Origin: Phaeosaccion multiseriatum
Lineage: Eukaryota; Protista; Ochrophyta, other classes
Length of the DNA: 64,000 nucleotides
Assembly (NCBI GenBank): GCA_965112735.1
Contig: OZ218961.1
Location: 992,001-1,056,000, forward strand
Reading direction: 5' to 3'
Part shown: positions 1 through 11,742 of the stretch, one piece after another
How the letters are laid out: the number at the start of each line of letters is the position of its first letter
Position numbering within the stretch: position 1 is the first letter of the stretch
Position numbers and translations under genes: made by a program
The notes under the pieces: model-generated
What the model was told of the DNA's origin: nothing
Seen by the model: only the letters and a program-made list of their open reading frames with translations
Database searches by the model: none

Positions 1-168
1 TGTTGGATGGGCAATCAATGTACAGCTCGCTTCGGCAGTGGGGAAGGGGAGAAGGGGACGACAGGAAGGGTAGGGAAGGGAAGGGAAAGGAAAGAGACGT
101 ACGGACGGACTGACTGAATGACTGACTGACACCACGCAGGGATTGTCTCCCTGACACCAGGTACTGAC

Positions 169-777
169 CTGCCCACCGGGGTGCGTAACGGCCCGCTCTC
201 TCTCGCTGCCGCTTGAGGGCTCTGTAGAAGCCCCGAGGGGTACCGCCACGTACGGAGGGCAGACCAGGACAGCGGAGAGACTCTTCTCCTCCCTGCCCAT
301 ATGACTGCCCGTGCGGCTTTCTCTGCCCCTGCCCCTGCTGTACCACCAACGGCTGTCCCTGTCCCTGCCCCTGCCCCTCCTCCTGCCTCTCCCGCCGTTG
401 ACGTTTCACCCCGGCTCCCAAACCCATCCGTTGTAACCGCTCCAACATGTAGGCCTGTGGACCCCCTCCTCCATCTCCGTGTCCGAACAAGAGCAGATTG
501 TGACCAAACACCCCCTGATTCTTGTTGTTGGTGCTCGACTTGAGGACGTCAGCGGCCGAAGCCTCTGAGCAGTATGTGTCTCCGGGTGGTAAGTGAGCAA
601 GGACCTCGGTACCGTCCAGACCCTCCCATAGGAAGGTGGTGTGGGGGAACTTGTTGACGAGGTTCCAGGACATCTTTTGCGTGAGGAAGTAGTGCATGCC
701 TGGTGCGATAAGGTAGATGGGGAAGAAAGAGGAAGAGAAAATGGAGTATACGATCAAATATCGTAGAAAGAAAAGGG

Positions 778-826
<49 letters not shown>

Positions 827-3800
827 GAAGAGGAGGAGGAGGAAGAGTAGTAGTAGCAGTAGTAGTAGTAGTAGTAGAGGCAGTAGTAGGAGTAGGAGGA
901 GGAGTTCAAACGTTTATTCAGTAAGCAAGTTGAGGTGTTTGAGGTGCAAAACGAGAGGAGACGGTACGTACGTGATGCACATGTGACATTATATAAGCAT
1001 GAGATTCAAAGGAACGTTGAGCACAGCGCATGGAGAGCCCCTTCCTGTCCCTTCGTGCTCCTTCCTGCTCATTTCTATCCCTTCCTCCCAAGTGGTGACA
1101 TTCCACATCCATTCAATACGTACCCGCGGATTGCGCCAGTTGGGGAATTTGGGCGGCATACCCAAACGTGTCAGGAAGGAAGAAGATCTCACATCGGAAA
1201 ACAAACTCGGCCTGGCAGAAGCGCTGCCCCTGTGTGTGTATGGCAGTGGATGGTAGTAGATGGATGGCAGCGGATGACAGGGAACGAATGGGCCACCTCG
1301 ACATAAAAGACGCGCTCACACACGTACACATACACATACATACACACACGCACACGCGCCCACACACGCACACCGCATACACACACGCACACACACAACT
1401 CACTCACACGCACAGATCGTACGTTGTAGTTGTATATCTCACCTGCAAGAACTGCCTACAGAGGCTCTCCCCAGAGGGTACGTTACAGTCCGATTCCACC
1501 CACGACCCGCACACAGGGAGGAAGCGTCCGGCCTTAAAGGCCTGCTTCACTCTCTTGTAAAGCTCAGGGACGGTCTCTTTGAGCCATTGGAACTGGACAG
1601 CCTGTGAGGCCACGAATGTGTAGTCCGGGTACTTGTCTATGAGTTGCAGTTGTGTGGCCCAGGACCGCACCACCTTTCGCTTGGCCTCGCTGACATTGGA
1701 AATTGGAATTGGAAATTGACAAATGTGATGACACCAGGTACAAGCGGGGAGGGGGAGAGGGAGGTGATGAGGGAGAGGGGGAAGGAGGAAGGGAGGAAGG
1801 GAGGGGATGAGGAAAGGGGGGGGGGGGAGGGAGGGGGAGGAAGAGGATGAGGATGAGGGTGAGAAGGGGCGGAAGAGGTGCGCAAAGAGTCTCTCTGCCT
1901 CAGTGACTGACCGCCTCTTTCCGCCTCTCCTCATCGTAGTATCATAAGTCACTAAACTGCCATCCGATGCCATCCCATAGACAACAACACTCACTCACTG
2001 ACTTACTCACGTCCTCACCTGTATGGCCACAGCCACGCACTGTCAATGTGGCAGTGCCCCATTGCCCACACTGTATCCTCCATCGTCTTCTCCTCGTCCT
2101 CCTCCTCTCCCTCTTCCCCCTCCCCCTCCAGAGCTGTGCGACCTCTGCGATGGCGGTGGTGGTGGTGGTGATGATGGTGGTGGTGATGGTGATGTTTATG
2201 GCCGCTCGTCCTCCCCTCCTCCCCCTCCCCCTCCCCCTGCCCCAGCCCCCTCCTCCTCCTCCCCCTTGGAGGAAAGAAGTCAGCTGCGAGCTTCCTCCCC
2301 GCCGCCCACGTGGAGGGATCTGATGTGAGTACAGCGTTAACCACAGAGTTTCCCACTTGTAGAGCCCTGATGTAGTGATGTAGTGATGTAGTGATGTAGG
2401 GTAATGTCGTATAGGGTAGGGTGGTGTAATGTAGTATAGTTAGTAAGTGATGAAGGAAGGGTGTCAAGTCGTTGATATGAAAGAAGAGGGGGGGAGGGAA
2501 GAGAGAGGAGAGGGAAGAGAGAGGAGAGGAAAGAGAGAGGAGAGAGAAGAGAGAGAAGAGAGAGGAGGGTAGGAGAGGAGACATGACAGAGAGAGGGTAG
2601 AAAGAGGGGAGGGAGGACAGAGAGAGGGTAGAGAGGGTAGAAAGAGGGGAGAGAGGACAGAGAGAGGACAGAGAGAGGGTAAAGCACGGGCAGGAAGAGT
2701 ATGAAGAGAGTGAGGTAGAGAGGGGGTGGAGAGAGGTAAACATATGGGGTAGTTTAGGCGGTCAGTCAGTCAGTCAGTCAGTCAGTCAGTCAGTCAGTCA
2801 GTCAGTCAGTCAGTCAGTCAATCAGCCAGTTAGACAGACAGACAGTCAGATAGTCAAGTCAGTCAGTCAGTCAGTCAGTCAGTCAGTCCGTCGGCACGTC
2901 ATCCGGAAGCAAGCAAGGCCGTGGGTGGTGGGGGTGCACGTACCGATTGCCATGGGGAGAGTCCTCCGGGAGAGACTTGGCGAGATCATGAAGCATCCAC
3001 ACGTCGTGATACAGACCCGCCCCTTCCTCATTGAACAGGGCGATCTGTTGGGGGGTTGTTCACAGTAGTAGGAGGAGCAAGGAGAAGGGTAGAGCAAAGG
3101 GGAGGCAGAGAGAGGAGAGGGAGAAGAGGAGAGGAGAGAGGAGAAAGGAGAAAGGAGAGAGGGGAGAGGAGAGAGGAGAGAGAGGGGAGGGGGTGGAGTA
3201 CAGAGAAAGGGAGAGGGAGAGGGGGGGGGTGAGGGAGAGGAAGAGGGAGACGGAACGAGAGAGAGTGAGAGGAGGGAGGGGGAAGAAGGGTGAGGGGAAG
3301 AGGGAGACAGAGGGATACAGAGGGTGAGACAAAGGCCAGGGAAGGGCAGACAGGGCCGCAATTATCGACCCCTCATCTCGTGATGGATGTCTCATCTACT
3401 CATTGGCGTTGGACCCTGTACCAGATCTGAAACTGGAACTGAAACTGGAACTGGAACTGGAACTGGAACTGAGACTGGGACGGAAACCACAGGGTATCTT
3501 ACCTCTGCTGTCCGAAGGGGGAACTTCCTCTCTCCGTCGGGAGGGCCGATCATAGACTTGACTCCGTTGCCGAAGGAGGAGATGGCGGCCAGCTCCACAA
3601 ACAGCTCTATCATGTTTTGCCGTGGGCTGCCATCGCTGTGGCCGTGCCGAGTCTTATTGTTTGTTGTGTTGGACAGCCCGAGGAGGAGGCGGTAGGTGTT
3701 GTGTGTGGTGTGGTACCAATCAGACCATCCCATGGGTGGAGTCGGTGGGTGGGAGCGAGCGAGCAGAGGAGGGAGGAAGGGAGGGAGCAAGAGTTGTTTG

Positions 3801-3886
3801 TAACCGTAAGAGGGCATAAGATTTATGTCGATTGATGATCGATGCCCTCTTTTGAATCTCCTCTACGACTGTATATATGTATATAT

Positions 3887-3932
<46 letters not shown>

Positions 3933-5350
3933 CCTCCACACCCGCCTCCCCACCCTCCCCACCCAACCCACCCACCTGGATGATGAGGGGCCCCAGATCA
4001 CTCGGCAGCTCCACAGAGTGCCTCTTGTCGAAGCCTTTGCCCCCGTTGAGGCCCGCAATGGCCGCGCCAGCCCTGCTCCACACCATTCCCTCTCCCTCAC
4101 AGTCCCACAGCAAATGCACTGCCCTACCGCTGGGTACAGGCACGCCTTGTGATCCATCACCACCACCACCACCACCACCACCACCACCACCATCACCATC
4201 ACCCGCTGCTGCTGCTGCTGCTCCTATTGCTGCTCCTGCTGCTGCTAAAGGGGTGAGCAGTTGCTCAACGCAGAAGGTGATACGGAACCAGTGCGTGGAC
4301 CTTTGCAGACCGACATGCACACACATACACACACAAACACAAAGAGAGAGAGAGAGAGAGAGAGGTAGAGAGAGAGAGGTAGAGAGAGGTAGAGAGGGAG
4401 AGAGAGAGGGAGAGAGAGGACGAGGGTCCAGCATTAGCGATCTGTCTGCGAGCTTACCTCCTTCATATCCGGGAATGCTTTCCTCAATGGCCATACTCAA
4501 CATGTCCCTCAGCCCCTGAGCGGATCCTCTATCGCTCTTTCTCTCTCTCTTCCATTTTCATTCTCTCATCCTCCCCCTCTCTCCTTCTCTCACCTCCCTC
4601 CCTCTCTCCATCTAACTTTCTTTCGCACCCTCCTTCTCCCTTTCTCTCATTCTCTCTCCCCCTCCCCTGCTCTCTCTCTCTCTCTCTCTCTCTCTAAAGC
4701 CTTAGTTTCCACTCACCAGCTGGGCCCAAAGTCTTGTCCAATGGCCGTAGTTACGTACGATTGCCCTTCGTCGAATCGAGCGACCGCCTCGTCAACAGAG
4801 GGGTGTCCTGGTATCAGAGGAGAACGAGAAGCAGCTTGCATGAGTCTGTTGAGGCAGCTGATGCCAAGTTGGGGATAAATACGCGGGAAAGAGACGCGCA
4901 CCAATACCTGATCAGTGGATTTCGTTCCTCTATGAAGGCCTACACGCACCTTCGCCGGACGGGACGGACCACACGTGGATGGAGCGTAGCGGCGCCCTTC
5001 GCTCGTAAATGATACTATTGAAATTGACATCGGCCCTGTCAGAGGAGTGCCGGGTGGGGCCAAAGGAGCAGGGCAAGCCAGCAGTTAGTAGCGCGATAGT
5101 TATCTAGCGCCACCTCGCCAGAGTTGTAGGCTGCTGGTGCGGTGGGAGTTCTCTCCCTCGACGACGAGCAAGGAACATCGGAACTTCAACCAACCATTTC
5201 TTGCCTCTCTCACCAAAAAGTTTCGCTCAGAGTCTTCTCTAGCCGCTCCAAGAGCACCTTACGAGGGGCCACACACACGTGCCCACTCGCCATTATAATA
5301 TTTGCTGTCTATGCCTCCTCTTGTCACTTCCTTGAAGAGAAATACATGAA
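169..5350 (-). CDS. MAN2C1: Cytosolic GH38 alpha-mannosidase (MAN2C1/Ams1-like), multi-exon; 3' end lies beyond the window start, 5' end uncertain
   Basis: Spliced peptides include [20 protein letters not shown]|[67 protein letters not shown]|[52 protein letters not shown] and [10 protein letters not shown]. Approximate GT-AG exons: ~5263-5350?, 4950-5035, ~4718-4810, 3976-4300, 3503-3652, 2944-3044, 2019-2366, 1443-1689, 1124-1229, 169-699. Confidence 0.93.
779..905. repeat. (TAG)n/(GAG)n microsatellite in mannosidase intron
   Basis: Tandem agt/tag runs visible in the sequence. Confidence 0.9.
2760..2889. repeat. (CAGT)n microsatellite, intronic
   Basis: Tandem gtca/cagt run. Confidence 0.9.
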
Positions 5351-5566
5351 GCGGATTTTGCTTTGTTCCCCCTTGACTTACTGCCGTCTCCAACCCCCGG
5401 ACCATACATGTTCGAAATGTAGCCCACACACACACACACACATCCACTCACACAAACGCGCACACACACTGATACACACACGTTTTCAGTTTCTGAGGTG
5501 ATTCCTATTAAAGTGGAGCCAGGGCACTGTTGGATCCTCCAGAGTCTTCAGACGCTGCTCCATTGG

Positions 5567-6036
5567 TCGCCCCCGTGCACGCCTAGCGGCCTAGGCTCTA
5601 GGCCGCTCACTTTTCAGCCCTAGGCGGCCTATAGCCCGCCTCTAGGCAGCCTCCCAGTGACCGTGGGCGCGTGCGTGGTGCCGCCCAGCCAGTGGGTAGT
5701 AGCAGCACACCTGTAGGCCTGCACTCCTCGTAGGGCCAGCGAGGCGGAAAGAGACAACACGAACCAAGTCTAGCTACTCCTCACTTATCCCATGCAATAC
5801 ATTTGCTTAAAACTGACGACACTTGGGCGGGTTCCGGGCCAGCCCAAGGGCATATGAGCATATTCCCGCCCTGGACCTGCGCCTAGTTGGCGTCTGCCCT
5901 AGGCCGCGGGCCTCCGGCCCCCGCCTAGCTAGGCCGCCGCCTAGGCGGCCTATAAATAGGCCGAGGGCCTACGGCCCTCGCTAGGCCGGGCAATTTTCCA
6001 AAATAGGCCTAGGCCGCTAGGCGTGCACGGGGGTGA
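5567..6036. mobile_element. MITE-like non-autonomous DNA transposon (470 bp) with ~30 bp TIRs and a 6 bp TSD
   Basis: 5570-5596 (cccccgtgcacgcctagcggcctaggc) is the exact reverse complement of 6007-6033 and extends to 30 bp with one mismatch. CATTGG flanks both sides (5561-5566 and 6037-6042). The interior is rich in CCTAGG/GGCC subrepeats and has no ORF. Confidence 0.88.
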
Positions 6037-6112
6037 CATTGGAGTACGATAGGCACAGAAGATTTTTAAGCTTCGATGTCGACTCCATCGTATTAGTGTT
6101 CGATATTCATCA

Positions 6113-7361
6113 TCATATTCTACTCTTTCTCTGCCGTCTCCTCCTTCTCATCCACCTCTTTTGTGCCCCCTCCCTCTCCGGCCCCTCCCCACCCTCCTCG
6201 TGGTCCTCGTGGAAATCCACCTCAAGGCCCTCGGGTAGGGCATCAGGGAGTTCGCACCTCCTCCCCACAGTAAGCCGCTTCAGCCCTGCAGGCAGATCCG
6301 GCAAGGGCTGTGTGTACTTCCGCCCCAGCTCTAGAGTCGAGAGAGAGGCAGGCAGGGCCAAGGCGTGACTGAACAAAGAGTCCCTGTCAAACTTGAGCTC
6401 TTCAAGCCCTGCAGGCAGATGCCATAGGGGCTGTGTGTAACCCCTCCCCAGCTCCAGAGTCCGAAGAGAGGCAGGGAGGGTCAATGGATGATTGAATTCA
6501 GAGCAATTCCCAAACTTCAGCTTCTCCAGGCCTGCAGGCAGATCCGGTAGAGGCTGCGTGAACTTCCTCCCCAGCGCCAGAGTCTGAAGAGACGCAGGAA
6601 GCAAGGGCCAATGGCTGATTGAACGCAGAGCACTCGCTAAACTTGATCTTCCGCAGTGACGAGGGGAGAGTTATCGGCTCATCAAAATAGTAGCCAAATG
6701 CGAGTTCCTCTAGAGAGTCGGGCAGAAGAACATTTCGCTGGTTGAAATATATTCCAAAGGTTGCCTTCCGCAGCGACGAGGGAAGGGCAATCGCCTGATC
6801 GAATGCGCTTCCAAATTCAACCTCTTCCAGAGACTCGGGCAGCACGACACCACACTGATTGAACCAATGGCCAAATTTGACCTTCCGCAGCGATGGGGGA
6901 AGAGCTACAGGCTGATCAAACCCCCCACAGAATTGCAAAACCTCGAGCCAATCCGGAAAGCGAAGGTCGGGGGAGTTGAAGTACCCTTCTAGGCGAACGT
7001 CCTTCACCGAGCCAGGAAGCACTCTCAGGCCTTCCTGGGCAAGGCGAATGCCCTCCTTTGTGGTCCCAAAACCAAAGCCCAGTGATGCAGCAGTCACACG
7101 AAAGTGCCTTGGGCTAGCTCCTTGTCCTCCTTGCAGTTCCCCTCGTTGCTGGTGCTTGAGCATCTTCAATATTCTCTGCTGCACGCTGTTGGGCGTCTCG
7201 TAGTGCTGAGGTAAGTTCACTCGTCGCCCTGCTACTGCATCCACCTCTTTGCACAGCCCCCACAGACTCGAGAGAGAACCCCTATTGGCGGCAACCACAG
7301 TCAGCACCTGCACCCCATCCCAGGCTGGAGGGCGCCTCGTTGAAGGAAGAGAAGAGGGCAT
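6113..7361 (-). pseudogene. Intronless FNIP-repeat protein with a frameshift near 6600 (pseudogene or assembly error)
   Basis: Two overlapping ORFs (6498-7361 and 6113-6604) carry FNQP/FDQP..LP.SL..L.FG repeats. The minus strand reads gcc ctt gct t cct gcg tct, i.e. extra bases relative to the LPASL consensus. It is collinear with the paralogue at 33623-34960. Confidence 0.8.
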
Positions 7362-7563
7362 CTTTCAAACCACTTGCCTTCGTCCTATTCCCCCCCTCCC
7401 CTTCTGATCCCAGTCGTTGTGTGTCGTCTTTCCCCACTTCTCCCAGTCTTGCTGTGCAGAAGGGATTGGTAAGCAAAAGTAACGGCATCTGAGTAAGTCA
7501 GTGATGGGAAAACGGGCTGGCACTGAAACTATTACTCCGCTTGTATACCCTCGGACAAGCAGG

Positions 7564-9492
7564 ATGGACGACGACGAGGAGGAGGAGGGGGGCGGCAAGA
7601 GTCTTCTGTGGTGCTTGCAGCGACCACGCAATAGCGCGGACTTTTTGGATGGCGGACTGACGACGTTGTCGGCGCTTCCTCTGGAGGACGAGTACCTACC
7701 CTTGAGAGAGGCAGTGGTGAGGCCGCTCTCTCACTTGTGGCCTTTGCTGCTCGCTCTTGATGACCCCGACGTCAAGGTATGACAATACCCTGCTCTTCAT
7801 CATCTCCCCCTCTCTGGGCTACCTACTCACTGCTCTCACACCCACCTGGCTCGATGGCCTGGACAGATCCAGTGCAAGGCGGCGAATGCCTTGGGCTCCC
7901 TTGCCATGGAGCCCTCCATCGCCGCGACTCTCCTCGGGAATGCTTCTGCCGCAGCTGCCTCGACTTCCTTGGGAGAGGAGGAGGGAGGGGCTCGTATGCT
8001 GACCTCCTTGGGGCGAATGCTGCACAGCTGGAGCTTCTGGTGTCAAGCAGACGCCTTGTTTGCCTTGGGTTGGCTCGTGGAAGAGGCATTGTTGAGGGCA
8101 AAGCCCAGACCTGGTGCCTGTCAAGGGGGAGGGGGGGATCAGGAGCAGCACCAGCACCAACACCAGCACAAGCGGGACGAGGACGAAAAGGAGAGGCCAC
8201 GAGAAGAAGCACTGACGGGCGCTGCGCTTGGTCGGCGGTGGCCGAACAACCCACAGGGCAATCAGCCTTGCACGCCCCATCAAGATGGAGAAGAGTGCAC
8301 CAATCCATCCGGCGCTACGGCCTTTATGCTAAGCATCATTCCCAGGGTGGTGAGTCGCGGCAATTGTCGTATCTCTATTTGTAGTGAGAGGGAAGCAGGG
8401 ACGGGTGGAGAGGGGAGAGTGTATGCCAGGCACCATCAACGTTTTGCCTTCATTTCCTGTGCCCTCTTTGCTGTCACCCGCCCGCCGTCTCTCCTTCTCA
8501 GCGTCTATCTTCTGCTCTCATCTCTCCGCCCCTCGTTTTCCCCTCTTCACATCCATCCTAACGTCCTTCCTCTCCCTCCCCCGTTTCTCTCTCTCTCTAC
8601 CTCTCTTCACCTCCTCCTCCTCCTCCTCCTCCTCTCCCCCTTCCAGGTGGGCGTACTTCGCGAGCACCCTCCTCGCGAGAGAGCCGAGGCTGCTGTAGCA
8701 GAGCGAGACGAGAACCTTCGCCTCTACTCCCTCATCTTTTTACTCAAAGTGGGTCTTGTCGACGTATCCCTCCTGCTAGCACCACTACAAGAGAAGAGGG
8801 GCGGAGTTGTGGTGGAGGATGGAGGTGTCGAAGGAGGGGCAGCGGGGCAAGGGCAACTACTAGATGCTTTGGACCTCCTCATCTCCAGTGCTACTGTACC
8901 ACCAACTGGGGCAGGTGGTATTGGTGGTGGTTGCGGGGGAGGGTGGGAGGCGGACATAGGGCACCGAGGGCAGGGTACTTGGCGCCCAGGAAGAGCGAGA
9001 GGGGCTCGGAGAAGGGCGGGGAGAGAGACATGGGCCAGAGGGGAGCGAGGGGGGGGCGGGGGGGTGGTGGAAGTGCAGCAAAGGGAGGGAGGAGAAGGCG
9101 ACGGCAACGGCACCGCAGTGACCATGAACGCAGCCGAGCGGCTGTCGCTCACTCCTCTGGTGCTGCGGCTGCTGTTGTGCCTCGTGCAGCATGAGAGTGG
9201 CAAGAGGGCGGTGCTGGAGAGGAAGCTTATCGTCAAGCTCATCAGGCTACGGACGGTCTTGGCCTCGGCCTTGGAGGCGAGAGGGAGCATGGGTCTGAGT
9301 GCGCAGCAGGAGGAGGCCTTGGCTCAGCAGCAAGTAGGAGGGGCAGGGGGTGGTCCTCCGAACCCGAATGGCGGCGGCGGCGAGGAGGATTCCGATTCGG
9401 AGTCTGGCGATGAGGTTTCGGGCACCGAAAGCGCTCAAGTGGAAACCTGCCTCTCCCTCTTGGAGCTCACGATGAAAGAGGTTCTCTCATGA
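7564..9492 (+). CDS. Hypothetical helical-repeat (ARM/HEAT-like) protein, 3 exons
   Basis: Exons 7564-7776, 7867-8349 and 8647-9492 join in frame at GT-AG sites. LLALDDPDVK|IQCKAANALGSLA and WCQADALFALGWL resemble HEAT/ARM repeats. Confidence 0.7.
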
Positions 9493-11205
9493 GTGACGGA
9501 GGCCCTTGAGATGGCACCGGAGAGTTTGTCCGCACCTCCTCCCTTTCCGCCAGGGACCCCCCCCCCCCCGCCCACCTCTTTTGCTCCACCCCCCCTGATG
9601 GCTCAAAGTCGCTCAAGAGGGGGGAGGTCTTGAGCATGAGGCAGGTCGAAGCAAAAGAGAGCAGGGAGGGGAGCTTTCGAGGCTCGAACGATTACCCAGC
9701 CCAGTGCTGACATGGCTTCCCCAAACGCAATTTCAGTGGCGACTGTTTGGCCCTTTTCACACGCCCGACGGGGACGGCGGAGACGCTCCTACAGACGGTA
9801 GAGGTGAGGAGGAGAGGAGAGTGAGACACAGATGGATGCACATCTTGGGTGGTGGCCCCGTCGGTTTCACGTCGGTTTCATCGCAGAGCTGGTGCACCAC
9901 GATCAGTCACTGCTCGTTGGCTGCCTTCCCTCCTCAGGGGCTTTGCGGTAGGAATACCATGGATACCCGACGCAGGCAATGCGGGTGCGGCACAGAGAAG
10001 ACAACTGCCGTTTCGTCGGTTACGTCGGCCGAAGCCTGCTTTTCCTTCCCTCACTCGAGTCTGTTGGCGAGGCCTGCGGTGCTTGTTGTAGAGGCGTGTG
10101 GCTGCACGAGTACGAGTGGCGGTGATGTCATGTCATGTCATGCTAGTGAAGTGAAGTGAAGTGAGGTTACACACCGACCGACGTGGGTGGATGCCTACCT
10201 GCCCGCGCTGAAGCTCACAGCAGCACAGCAGCGAATACTTCCAACCTACGATTCAGAGTACTCGAGTGCGATCGGCAGGAGGAGCGCTGCTGTTGACACT
10301 ACCGAGGCCCCTCACACTCATACCCGCAGTGGAGGACAAGGCGGGAGGGAGGAGGGTGGAGGGAGGAGTGAGGAGGGTGGAGGGGGGTGCAGCAGCGGCG
10401 GCGGTCCACGGGAAGAAGAAGGGAAAGGTGGAGAAAGATTATTTTCTGGGTCCATCAGCCAGGCCAGTGCTGTTGACTGACGCCCGTCCGTGCGCCTTTG
10501 CCGCACACACTGTTTGAGTTGTCTTGTCCCGTTGCCGAGACCACTTGGAGGGGATGTTGAAGTAGGCACTGCCCTGCTGTACCCTGCTCCAGGGATGAAG
10601 GGAGGAGGGCCAGGATCGAGTGTGCCTGCTGACGGGACTGGACTTGAAAGGAGCTGCTGCTGCTGTTTGGCGACGACGACGACGACGACGACGACCACTG
10701 ACAAAACTCTCAAGTGTGTAAGTATATCGAGACCACCGGCAACGCTGCCCCTGTTCAGGCCATGGAAGGAGGTGGTAGGGAGGATGGCAGGGGAGAAGCT
10801 CAAACCAACCCTTTGGAGCCACATCTGCCTGCAGGTCGTGGATCGATTCCCGTTGTGTGGTTAGAGGGGTGGCAGGGTTCCAGTGTTCCGGGGGTGCGGT
10901 ATACGAGAGTATGTGAGCTGCTTTTGCCGAGCTTGTGCCGAGCTTGTGGCAGCCACCCCCAAGGGCTCCGCTCAGAGTGCTCGGCTTCGAAGAGGAGAAG
11001 GGAAGTAGTCTGTACGGAGCGGTTAGATACTGATTTTACAGCTTTCTCATCACGTCTGTTTACATACAGTACAAGGAGCATGAGGAGAGGGGGGTGAGGA
11101 AAGAGGAAAATAAAAAAAATGGAAAGAAACAAAAATCGAGCCCATCGAGACAGAATGTCGACTTCCCCTCCCATGGGCGCGCCTCACTCTTTTTTTTGTT
11201 TGGAG

Positions 11206-11711
11206 ATGGCGCTGCTGCTGCAGAGGGCGCGGCTGCTGCGGCAGAGGGTCCCATTACCGTTTCTTTGCAGTGGCAGAGGTGCTGAGAGTAGCAGCGCATT
11301 CTCCACGAGCTGCAGAGCCGAGGGGGAGAGGACGAGGTGCGCAGCTTTCGCAGCAGCGTCTCCTTCCCTCTTCGCCAATGGAGGCCGCTGCAAGAGCATT
11401 GCAGCGCAGCAGCAGCGGCAGTATGAGCAGACGCTGGGACGAGGAGGTCAGGCTTCCACGCATCGTGGCTTCCACTCCTCCCCTGCTGCTCTGCTGAGCG
11501 CCGACTTCGACGTTGTGACGATGCCCGCCTTGAGCCCAACAATGGAGGTGGGGAGCATCGCCAACTGGGTGGCGAAGGAAGGAGAGGTGGTAGCGGCGGG
11601 AGGAGTTCTGTGCGAGGTGGAGACGGATAAGGCCACGGTGACCTTTGATGTCACGGACGACGTCGTGCTGGCCAAGATTCTTGTCCAGGAGGGCGGGGGC
11701 GAAATCAAGGT

Positions 11712-11742
<31 letters not shown>

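Noticed and set aside
4458-4528. Possible extra mannosidase exon ([22 protein letters not shown]) with a GTAAG donor
   Set aside because: The flanking exons join directly to give the conserved FGPSW|STHWF. Including it would break the motif.
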